From NCBI GenBank assembly GCA_027858235.1, contig JAQIDC010000036.1, positions 10,664-74,663 of the forward strand: 64,000 bases of DNA, in the 5' to 3' direction. The notes below the pieces were generated by a model that saw only the letters and a list, made by a program, of their open reading frames with translations, made no database searches and was not told where the DNA came from. Below, piece after piece: positions 25,876 through 33,968 of this stretch. Within the stretch, counting starts at the first letter, position 1. Each line of letters starts with the position of its first letter. Position numbers and translations under genes: made by a program. Source of the DNA: Patescibacteria group bacterium. GTDB lineage: Bacteria > Patescibacteriota > Patescibacteriia > Patescibacteriales > BM507.

Positions 25876-26553
25876 ATGTATAATCTTTCTTTTAGGGAAA
25901 AGGCTTTAATCTGGAGTAAATATATCAACCTTTTTAGAAATGGTCATCCATCGATAGGGAAGCTCAACGATGCAGATTACGCCATAGTTCTATCTTTTGG
26001 AAGAATAACAATAAGCAACGAAGACTTTTTTTATGTAATAAAAAATCTTCCAAGATGCAAAGACAACATTTTATCTTTTGATGAATTAATTAAAACTTTC
26101 GATTTTGATTCAGGAATATCCAATATTGAGATTGCCAAAGAGTGTTATCTTATCCTTAAGAAATATAGAATAAAAATATTTGTTCAATGGGAAGTAGCCT
26201 TCGAAATGTACAGACTTCACCCTCAAAACTACAAAAATTTTGACAAGCTAATAGTTTCTATTTGGCCAGAAACCGACAAGAAAAATTTTACAACTATGGA
26301 TGTTTTACAGCAAATAAAAACCAAAGTCTCGGAGGATTCTTTGAAACAGCCGATTCTAATTGCCAATAACTGGATGAGTATCCGAGCTGCCCTGCTAGTA
26401 AAAAAGCAGATAGGAACATTCCCTGTCTTAACCCCTCTCGATTGTAGCTCTTTCAACTTAGAGGCTATTCAAAAATGGGTAAACAGTTATAGCAGATGGA
26501 TAGTCTACGAAACACTAACAAGGATGCATCATTTTCTATTCAAATGGATCTAA
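25876..26553 (+). CDS. Hypothetical protein (weak DUF218/YdcF-like resemblance)
   Basis: 225 aa, a lone plus-strand gene with its own promoter, SD and terminator. The family resemblance is only a loose pattern (DYAIVLSFGR ... ILIANNWMSIRAALLVKK). Confidence 0.55.
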   Translation: MYNLSFREKALIWSKYINLFRNGHPSIGKLNDADYAIVLSFGRITISNEDFFYVIKNLPRCKDNILSFDELIKTFDFDSGISNIEIAKECYLILKKYRIKIFVQWEVAFEMYRLHPQNYKNFDKLIVSIWPETDKKNFTTMDVLQQIKTKVSEDSLKQPILIANNWMSIRAALLVKKQIGTFPVLTPLDCSSFNLEAIQKWVNSYSRWIVYETLTRMHHFLFKWI

Positions 26554-26560
26554 CACACAA

Positions 26561-26588
26561 AAAGCCCCTCAAGTAAGGGGCTTTTTTC
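26561..26588. terminator. Bidirectional rho-independent terminator
   Basis: Stem AGCCCCT/AGGGGCT with a 6-nt loop, flanked by A5 and T6, between convergent genes. Confidence 0.75.
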
Positions 26589-26616
26589 ATGTCTATTCTA
26601 TAATAATTTAAATCGA

Positions 26617-27288
26617 CTACATCCTTCCACCAACCTCCTCTTCGAGTCGTTCAAGAAATTCTTTATAATATTTGTGCCTTTCCGTAGCCATTTCTTTTCC
26701 TGCTTTTGTATAAAATTTATCCAAAATATCTTTCTGTTTTATTTCATATTCAATCTGTACGCTATGAATAGTCTTATCTTGAATGTCTCCCTTTCGATGC
26801 CCCTCCATGTTCTCATTTATATATTTATCTAAATCATCAACCTTTTTAAAAATTTTTGCTCTATGCTTTCCAATCCAAGCATAAGATCTGGCTATACCAA
26901 TAGCTCCGATTGAATCTAGCTTATCTGCATCAAAAAGAATCCTCGCTTCAATGCTCTCAGGAACTCTCCCTTTCCTGTACCTATGAGTTAATATACAATT
27001 TTTAACTTGCTCAATTTTTTTTGCATTATACCCAATTTGCTCAAGAACCTTCTCGGCTTTTTGAGCACCAACCACCGCATGATCGGTCTCCCCGGTTTTA
27101 TCATTATTTTCCTCATCTTTTCCGATGTCGTGAAGCAAAGAGGCTATTTCTAGAACTTCTAAATCTACACGCTCCTCTTTCTCTGCAATGTTTTTGCAAA
27201 GATTATGAACTCGCATAACATGATCGATGTCATGAGCCGCACACTCCTTCATCTCATCCACTGCAATTTTTTTTATCTTATCAATCAT
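26617..27288 (-). CDS. HD-domain phosphohydrolase
   Basis: 223 aa with H...HD...D metal motifs (AAHDIDHVMRV, LLHDIGK, FDADKLD). Confidence 0.8.
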   Translation of the reverse strand: MIDKIKKIAVDEMKECAAHDIDHVMRVHNLCKNIAEKEERVDLEVLEIASLLHDIGKDEENNDKTGETDHAVVGAQKAEKVLEQIGYNAKKIEQVKNCILTHRYRKGRVPESIEARILFDADKLDSIGAIGIARSYAWIGKHRAKIFKKVDDLDKYINENMEGHRKGDIQDKTIHSVQIEYEIKQKDILDKFYTKAGKEMATERHKYYKEFLERLEEEVGGRM

Positions 27289-27350
27289 AAAATATTAACT
27301 AAGTCTCTTCTTTTTATTTCGACTACAGCAAGGGGCTTTCTACACAAGAT

Positions 27351-27776
27351 TTATTCTCTTATCTCAAAATAGGTTTTCTTTTTCTTTATTGCTTCTAAAA
27401 CAATTTTTACAGGCTCAAACAAAGGTTCAGGTAGATCATCGAGAGAATACCAACCTATGCTTTCTATCTTATCTGGTTCACATATTTTCGGTTCTCCCGA
27501 AATTATTTCAGCAACAAAAGAAACATCCAGATAGTGCTTTCCGTGTTTTATAATATTAGCACAAGAAACAAATTTTATATTCCCAATTTCTACCCCCAAC
27601 TCCTCCATTGCTTCTCTTTTTACTGCAATGGTTAAATCTTCACCATATTCTAGATGTCCGCCCACAGAACCATAGTAACCAGATGCATGAGATCCTTTTC
27701 TCTTTGCCAACAAGGTTTTATTACCATTAATTATAACGGCACCAACACCTACCTTGACTTGTTTATCTTGAGTCAT
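27351..27776 (-). CDS. NUDIX hydrolase
   Basis: 141 aa with NUDIX box GGHLEYGEDLTIAVKREAMEELGV. Confidence 0.85.
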   Translation of the reverse strand: MTQDKQVKVGVGAVIINGNKTLLAKRKGSHASGYYGSVGGHLEYGEDLTIAVKREAMEELGVEIGNIKFVSCANIIKHGKHYLDVSFVAEIISGEPKICEPDKIESIGWYSLDDLPEPLFEPVKIVLEAIKKKKTYFEIRE

Positions 27777-27805
27777 AAAATTCTATTTATAGTTTTAATA
27801 TACTT

Positions 27806-27839
27806 TCTACGCTCCACAACACTTCTTATGTTTCTTTCC
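27806..27839 (-). repeat. Degenerate duplicate of the secA 3' end (last ~11 codons plus stop)
   Basis: 27806-27839 matches 27906-27939 at 32 of 34 nt, offset exactly 100 nt. It would encode ..GGSGKKHKKCCGA*, against the SecA tail CPCGSGKKYKKCCGA*. It is out of frame with secA. Confidence 0.75.
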
Positions 27840-27906
27840 TGAACCACCCCACTTCGCTAAAGCTACGAGGGGCAAGACTCAAATTATTTAAGGTTTCTCT
27901 GGTTCT

Positions 27907-30666
27907 CTACGCTCCACAACACTTTTTATATTTCTTTCCGCTTCCACAGGGGCAATCATCATTTCTTCCGACTTTCTCCCCTGCCTCATTTCTTTCTTTT
28001 TGCTTTATTATTTGCGCGCCTCCCATATCTCCTTTTGACATAGTTTTAGCAGGAGCACTAAACTGAGTTGCCCTATCAATCAAACTTGGTGCTGTGAATC
28101 CTTTACTTACAACATCATCAATTTGACCAACCTTATAAATTGAATAAACTACCTCTTTTTGAATTAAACTATTTAATTCATTGTAGAGAATATATCCTTC
28201 TTTTTTATATTCTACCAAAGGATCTCTTTGTCCATAACCTCGAAGACCAATCCCCTGTCTAACGCTAGACATGGCCTCAAGATGTTCTATCCAGAGCGTG
28301 TCGTATGATCGAATCAAAACTGATTTCTCAATACTAGACCAATCAAGTCCAAAACCATCAGCACTTTTCTTAATTTCTGTATATCTCTCCTTGGCTTGTT
28401 TAACTAAACTTTCTATGATTTCTGTTCTTATATTTGCTTTGTCCAATTTCGGAGTTTCTTCTTTATTGCTAACAAGTTCTTTTTTCGATTCATCATTAAC
28501 CTTAAATATAGTTGAAGCTACTTGATAAATTTCCCCTACATCCCATTCTTTGATGTACTCTGAAACTGTATGGAAAGAAACAACTTGTTCAATTTCATTC
28601 TCCACCATTTCAAGAACTGTATCGCTTAAAACATCTTTGTTATCTTCTGACTCAGAAGAAACGAGTATATTTTTTCTTTTTGAATAGATTGATTCTCTAT
28701 GTTTATTTATAACGTCATCATACTCAACCAAATGCTTTCTAATATCAAAATTATTCCCCTCAACTTTTTTCTGAGCAGATTCAATGGATCTGGAAATCAT
28801 TTTGTTCTCAATCGGCATATCATCTGGGACACGCAAGGTGGTCATTATATTTTTCATTTTATCACCACCAAAAACTCTCATTAAATCATCTTCCATCGAA
28901 ACAAAAAATTGCGAAGAACCAGCATCCCCCTGACGACCAGCACGTCCACGAAGCTGGTTGTCAATACGTCTAGCTTCATGACGTTCTGTACCGATAACAT
29001 GAAGACCCCCTAACTCTAAAACTTTTTCATGTTGAATCTTCCAGTCGGCATATTCAGGGTCATCTTTTTTCAGTTCTGTTCCACCAAGCATGATATCAAC
29101 ACCACGACCAGCCATATTTGTGGCGATTGTGACAGAGCCGACTTTACCAGCGTCTGCTATAATACGCGCCTCTCTGGCATGATTTTTGGCGTTCAGGGCA
29201 GATGGTCTCAATCCCTCTCGTTCCATTAAGGCAAGTAAGTATTCATTCTTTTCAATTGAAATAGTACCAACTAATACGGGCTGTCCTTTTTTTTGTCTCT
29301 CTCTAATATCTTCAATGACTGCCATATATTTAGCTTCTTCTGTTTTATATATCAGATCATTCTTATCATCTCTTTTGATTGGCTTATTTGTAGGGATAAT
29401 AACAGTTTCAAGACCATAAATTTTTGAAAACTCTTCTGCTTCAGTCACAGCAGTTCCTGTCATTCCGGCTAGCTTGTCATACATTCTAAAATAATTTTGA
29501 AAAGTAATAGTGGCCAAAGTTTGTGATTCTCTTTGAATCTTTACACCTTCCTTGGCTTCAATTGCTTGATGTAATCCTTCAGAATATCTTCGACCAGGCA
29601 TCATTCTCCCAGTAAACTCATCGACTATTATTACTTCGTCATCTTTTACCACATAATCTTTATCTCTTTTAAAAATAGCATGAGCCTTAAGAGCTTGTTC
29701 AATATGATGAACCTCTCTAACTCCAGCTGTAGTATAAATATTTTCTACACCAAGCATTTTTTCCATTTTAGTAATTCCTTCTTCGGACAAAGTTGAAGTT
29801 CTCATTTTTTCATCAATATTGTAGTCAACATCTTCTTTTAATTTTTTAACCAAATCAGCAAACTGAAAATATTTATCAGTAGATTCTTCAGCTGGCGCAG
29901 AAATTATCAAAGGTGTTCTTGCCTCATCGATTAGAATAGAATCGACTTCATCAACAATTGTAAAGTACAAATCTCTTTGTACCATTCTATCTAGACTAGG
30001 AACCATGTTGTCCCGAAGGTAATCAAAACCAAACTCGTTATTTGTTCCATACAAAACATCGCACTTATAAGCTTCGCCTCGTTCAACTTGTCTAAAGTGT
30101 TTTAGTTTTTCCTCGAACTCTTCATTGTCAGAAAATTCAGGATCATACATTAGTGACTTATCATGGATAATAACACCCGTAGAAATACCAAGAAAATGAT
30201 AAACTGGAGCATTCCATCCAGCTCCCATTCGAGAAAGATAATCATTAACGGTTATTAAGTGGCAACCATAGCCAGCAAGCGCGTTTAAGTAAAGAGCTAA
30301 TGATGCGACAAGTGTTTTACCTTCCCCAGTTTTCATTTCTGCAATTTGACCTCTGTGCAAGGCAACACCACCAACTAACTGAACATCGTAGGGACGTTGA
30401 CCTATGACTCTCCAAGCAGCTTCACGAATAACAGCAAAAGCTTCTGGAAGTATATTATCTAGTTTTTTTCTTAATTCTTCTTTTTCAATTTTCTCACCTT
30501 CTTTGATGGAGAGTTTATCTCGAAATTTTTGGGTATAGGCTTTTAATTCATCGTCTGTTTTCGCCTTCATTTCCTCCTCAAAAGCATTAATCTTATCTAC
30601 GGTAGTATTAATCTCTTTAATAACTTTATCATTCGGATCCCCGAAAATCTTATCTAATATTCCCAT
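27907..30666 (-). CDS. secA: Preprotein translocase ATPase SecA
   Basis: 919 aa with MKTGEGKTL, DEVDSILIDEARTPLIIS, and the C-terminal zinc tail CPCGSGKKYKKCCG. Confidence 0.97.
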   Translation of the reverse strand: MGILDKIFGDPNDKVIKEINTTVDKINAFEEEMKAKTDDELKAYTQKFRDKLSIKEGEKIEKEELRKKLDNILPEAFAVIREAAWRVIGQRPYDVQLVGGVALHRGQIAEMKTGEGKTLVASLALYLNALAGYGCHLITVNDYLSRMGAGWNAPVYHFLGISTGVIIHDKSLMYDPEFSDNEEFEEKLKHFRQVERGEAYKCDVLYGTNNEFGFDYLRDNMVPSLDRMVQRDLYFTIVDEVDSILIDEARTPLIISAPAEESTDKYFQFADLVKKLKEDVDYNIDEKMRTSTLSEEGITKMEKMLGVENIYTTAGVREVHHIEQALKAHAIFKRDKDYVVKDDEVIIVDEFTGRMMPGRRYSEGLHQAIEAKEGVKIQRESQTLATITFQNYFRMYDKLAGMTGTAVTEAEEFSKIYGLETVIIPTNKPIKRDDKNDLIYKTEEAKYMAVIEDIRERQKKGQPVLVGTISIEKNEYLLALMEREGLRPSALNAKNHAREARIIADAGKVGSVTIATNMAGRGVDIMLGGTELKKDDPEYADWKIQHEKVLELGGLHVIGTERHEARRIDNQLRGRAGRQGDAGSSQFFVSMEDDLMRVFGGDKMKNIMTTLRVPDDMPIENKMISRSIESAQKKVEGNNFDIRKHLVEYDDVINKHRESIYSKRKNILVSSESEDNKDVLSDTVLEMVENEIEQVVSFHTVSEYIKEWDVGEIYQVASTIFKVNDESKKELVSNKEETPKLDKANIRTEIIESLVKQAKERYTEIKKSADGFGLDWSSIEKSVLIRSYDTLWIEHLEAMSSVRQGIGLRGYGQRDPLVEYKKEGYILYNELNSLIQKEVVYSIYKVGQIDDVVSKGFTAPSLIDRATQFSAPAKTMSKGDMGGAQIIKQKERNEAGEKVGRNDDCPCGSGKKYKKCCGA

Positions 30667-31357
30667 TTTTATTATATATTAATATTTTTTAAATCAATAG
30701 ACCTGCTTCTCAATAATCTTCTTGAAAAAATTATTATATTTTAAGGAAATTTTTGCAGTAAATTTACCTAAATATATGGATTTTTACTGAATATTATTGG
30801 GAAATAGGTCTATAAAATATTATATTCCAAATGTTAAAATAAATCAATAAATCAATAAATGAAGACAAGCAAAAAAATATTTCTATTAACTGCTTGTTAT
30901 GCTTAAAATGATCCTAGTTTGTAAATATGAACTTTATATTTTTTTAATGTTATTTTAACCAAACAAGATTAAAGTTATAGAGTAGGCTAGAATTGAGTTC
31001 ATATTATTTTAGAAACATAATTTAAAACCTCTCTATACGGGCTAAACTTAAGTATTTTTATTATATTTATTAATTATAGATTAAAATAATTGATTGACAA
31101 CAATGTATTAGGCGCCTATGTACAATTAAATCTAACCGTGCTAAGATGCATAGACAAATTAATAAATTTATTGTATAATATGTTTTTTGATTTAATATTA
31201 TACAAATTTCATTGTCTTAATTTTAATTAATCTGCAATCGATTTTTGTCAAAAAAAATAAATTTGACAATATGTCCAACACTCACATTTAGAGATTGTTC
31301 ATTTCCTTATCTCATCAGAAGTTGATAAATATTTTAAAAAAGTAAGAAAGTAAAAGT

Positions 31358-32509
31358 ATGAAAAATTTTAAACAAACATTTATAATTGCCATCATGGCAG
31401 TTATGTTATCAAGCATTAGTATCCCATCCACTGCTTTAGCAGCCGACCCACTTGCTGTCGACCTTTTATCGGCAAACAATTTTACAATTCTAGCAAAAAC
31501 CGGCATTACAAACACAGGCAGTCATTCTTCAGAAATCACTGGCAATATTGGTTCTAGCCCAATTACAGCAGCAGCTATGAGTAATGTATATTGTTCAGAA
31601 ATTACTGGCACAATTTATGGAGTCGACGCCGCTTATGTTGGTAGTGGAGACCAAACTTGCTTTGCTGGTAACCCACCTGTAGAAAACAAAACTTTAGTGG
31701 ATAATGCTATTCTAGACATGGAGACTGCCTATAATAATTTAGCCAACATGACAGATCCTACTGCTACTGAGTTAGGAGCTGGTAACATAGGTGGTTTAAC
31801 CATAACTCCTGGTCTTTATAAATGGAGCTCAAATGTTATAATCCCAACCAACGTAATATTATCAGGTAGCGCAACTGATATTTGGATTTTTCAAATCGCT
31901 GGTAATCTAAACCTTGCATCTGCTGGTGATGTTTCATCTGGTATTAAAGTAGTTCTAAGTGGCGGTGCTCAAGCTTCAAATATTTTTTGGCAAGTCGGAG
32001 GTCTAACAGGGGCTACTCTTGGCACCTACTCAACATTTAACGGAAATATTTTAAGTGCCAAACAAATAATTTTAGAGACTGGATCTATTTTAAATGGTAA
32101 AGCGCTTGCTCAAACTCAAGTTACGCTTGATGCAAATATTGTCTCATCGTCAGCTGTTGTTATTCAAGTTGAACCACCAGCAGTCGATCTTCCTACTGTT
32201 ACACCCCCAGTTGTTATCACTCTGCCGACAACAACATCTTCTTCAACTGATACGATTACGCCTATTATTAACGACACGGTTACAACTCCACTTGTAGAAG
32301 ATACTATAGAACCAACTATCACTGCAACTGAAACAATCACACCGATAATTTCAACAACCACTCCTAGCTCAACAATTACCCCAAAACTTCCAAGTGCAGG
32401 AACTAAACCTAATAATTCAAATGCCTCACAAATATTATTTTCTTTACTTGGATTAAGTGCCTTAATGTTGGTAATTTTTAAAGCAAGAAAGAAAAAATAT
32501 CTTTCTTAA
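31358..32509 (+). CDS. DUF3494 (ice-binding-like) surface protein with Thr/Pro stalk and LPSAG sorting signal
   Basis: 383 aa. In order: signal peptide; LLSANNFTILAKTGITNTG...ITGNIGSSP beta-solenoid repeats; Thr/Pro-rich linker; LPSAG, a hydrophobic stretch and KARKKK at the C-terminus. Confidence 0.8.
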   Translation: MKNFKQTFIIAIMAVMLSSISIPSTALAADPLAVDLLSANNFTILAKTGITNTGSHSSEITGNIGSSPITAAAMSNVYCSEITGTIYGVDAAYVGSGDQTCFAGNPPVENKTLVDNAILDMETAYNNLANMTDPTATELGAGNIGGLTITPGLYKWSSNVIIPTNVILSGSATDIWIFQIAGNLNLASAGDVSSGIKVVLSGGAQASNIFWQVGGLTGATLGTYSTFNGNILSAKQIILETGSILNGKALAQTQVTLDANIVSSSAVVIQVEPPAVDLPTVTPPVVITLPTTTSSSTDTITPIINDTVTTPLVEDTIEPTITATETITPIISTTTPSSTITPKLPSAGTKPNNSNASQILFSLLGLSALMLVIFKARKKKYLS

Positions 32510-32539
32510 TTGAATAATCTAAATATGTACGGTTAAAAA

Positions 32540-32569
32540 AGAAACCAGACAATTTGTTGTCTGGTTTCT
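32540..32569. other. 13-bp perfect hairpin between surface-protein gene and sortase gene
   Basis: AGAAACCAGACAA-TTTG-TTGTCTGGTTTCT. A6 lies upstream and only TT then A5 downstream, so the U-tract is on the minus strand, not the sense strand. Confidence 0.6.
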
Positions 32570-33195
32570 TAAAAACCAATTTCAAGAATATACTTATTAA
32601 ATTTTCTAAAATATTGCGTACAAAAAATATATTAATATTCTTATTAATAGGATTGCTGTTTTTATGGCAACATTTTATTATTCAAAACATCAAAACTACA
32701 CAACAAAATATAGTTGTTAAAAAGGAAACTCCCCTTTCAAACATGCAAATCGTTTCGAAGACCAGACTACCGTTATTATTAAATATTCCAAAATTGAACA
32801 TCAATGCTAATATTCAATATGTCAGCCTCACCCCAGATGGATTAATGGATGTTCCAAGTAATCAATTTGAAGTGGCTTGGTATCAACCGGGGACACCACC
32901 AGGAGAAATAGGCAGTGCAGTTATTACAGGGCATTTCGGAAAAGAAAATTCAGTTTTTAATGATTTAGATGAATTAAAAAAAGGAGACGAAATAAAGATT
33001 ATAAACGATCAAAGCAATGCCGTCGTTTTTGTTGTCAGTAAAACTGAAAAATACGAAGCCGATGATAATGCATCAACAGTATTTTTTTCAGACGATAACC
33101 AAGCTCACCTTAACTTGATAACTTGCCAAGGTGTTTGGAATAAAAATACAAAAAGCTATCCATCAAGATTAATAATTTTTACGGATTTAAAATAA
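32554..33195 (+). CDS. Sortase-family transpeptidase
   Basis: 213 aa with catalytic His (VITGHFG), Cys (LNLITCQG) and Arg (PSRLIIF). The ORF-track TTG start lies inside the hairpin. The likelier start is TTG 32614, giving MRTKNILIFLLIGLLFLW. Confidence 0.8.
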   Translation: MLSGFLKTNFKNILIKFSKILRTKNILIFLLIGLLFLWQHFIIQNIKTTQQNIVVKKETPLSNMQIVSKTRLPLLLNIPKLNINANIQYVSLTPDGLMDVPSNQFEVAWYQPGTPPGEIGSAVITGHFGKENSVFNDLDELKKGDEIKIINDQSNAVVFVVSKTEKYEADDNASTVFFSDDNQAHLNLITCQGVWNKNTKSYPSRLIIFTDLK

Positions 33196-33487
33196 TTATA
33201 AAATATTAATAATTGACCTCTTCATAATTACGGAGAAGATTAAAGTAATAAACAATAACATTTTTTACTTATTTTTTCCATATTCGTTACATCAATATCT
33301 ACTGATTTGTATACAAAATGCAAGAACTAAAATAAAGTAAATCTACTGTCCACAGTGTTTCAAAATAGTCAGACTTAATAGCCGAGCTGTTATTCGTTCT
33401 CATTCTAGAGAAAGCTCTATGATGTTTAGGTGTGGAGCAGAACAATGCCCAGGAACATACAAAAAGTCTGAAAAATTAACTCATTAT

Positions 33488-33515
33488 AAAAGCGACTCAA
33501 CTGAGTCGCTTTTTC
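33488..33515 (-). terminator. Rho-independent terminator after hpf
   Basis: Stem AGCGACTC/GAGTCGCT with a 4-nt loop, flanked by A4 and T5. Confidence 0.7.
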
Positions 33516-33529
33516 TATTTATACTATCT

Positions 33530-33835
33530 TTATTTTCTCTTCTCCTTATACTTAACAATCGCTTGAGCCATATGATCTTTTACTTTTTCGATGGCTTTGT
33601 ATAGGTCTTCTGCTTCTTTTTCTACTCGGAGTAGTTCCCCTGGAACTTGTAGATTCATTTCTGCTTTAAAGATTTTTCCTTTTTGATGTCTTCCTGAATT
33701 AAGTCCAACTTCAACATCACAATTAACAGCCTCATAACTTCCTAAATATTTTTCTAACATATCTGCTTTTTGTTGAACATAATCTCTGATAGCATCTGTC
33801 ATTTCAATTTTAGTTGCTTTTATTCTTACTTGCAT
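33530..33835 (-). CDS. hpf: Ribosome hibernation promoting factor / RaiA (short form)
   Basis: 101 aa, MQVRIKATKIEMTDAIRDYVQQKADMLEKYL..., the sigma-54 modulation / S30EA family pattern. Confidence 0.85.
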   Translation of the reverse strand: MQVRIKATKIEMTDAIRDYVQQKADMLEKYLGSYEAVNCDVEVGLNSGRHQKGKIFKAEMNLQVPGELLRVEKEAEDLYKAIEKVKDHMAQAIVKYKEKRK

Positions 33836-33843
33836 ATAATTTT

Positions 33844-33878
33844 AGTTAAAAGTTAAAAGTATAAAGTTAAAAGTTTTT
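33844..33878. repeat. Tandem heptamer array, 5 units (35 nt)
   Basis: AGTTAAA AGTTAAA AGTATAA AGTTAAA AGTTTTT, 8 nt from the hpf ATG. Confidence 0.75.
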
Positions 33879-33884
33879 ATTGCT

Positions 33885-33967
33885 TTTCTGGATTCCGGGT
33901 CACCCCGCTACGCCACTTCGTGATTACGGTAGACATCGCTCACACACGAGCCAGCCCGGAATGACAA
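33885..33967. repeat. Intergenic palindromic element, copy B (GC-rich interior)
   Basis: TTTCTGGATTCCGGG ... CCCGGAATGACAA. The 8-bp closing stem is ATTCCGGG/CCCGGAAT. The interior is visibly GC-rich with an internal hairpin GCTC-N6-GAGC. It starts 1 nt after the rseP stop. Confidence 0.65.
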
Positions 33968-33968
33968 T

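Noticed and set aside
31315-31515. 66-aa minus-strand ORF overlapping the start of the DUF3494 gene.
   Set aside because: It is antisense to a well-supported signal-peptide-encoding start, has no SD and shows no recognisable features.
32094-32361. Two ~65-aa ORFs on both strands within the 3' part of the DUF3494 gene.
   Set aside because: They are frame shadows of the Thr/Pro/Ile-rich stalk. The real frame ends in a coherent LPSAG sorting signal.
33419-33604. 61-aa plus-strand ORF spanning the hpf terminator and the hpf 3' end.
   Set aside because: It reads through a terminator hairpin and runs antisense into hpf. It has no SD.
33885-33967. Considered whether the GC-rich intergenic element is an SRP (4.5S) RNA, a tRNA or another known small RNA.
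   Set aside because: It has no SRP domain-IV GGAA/AGCA motif, no tRNA cloverleaf or T-loop GTTCGAATC-type sequence, and no match to any RNA family I can recognise by eye. It is kept as a repeat/structured element pending an Rfam search.
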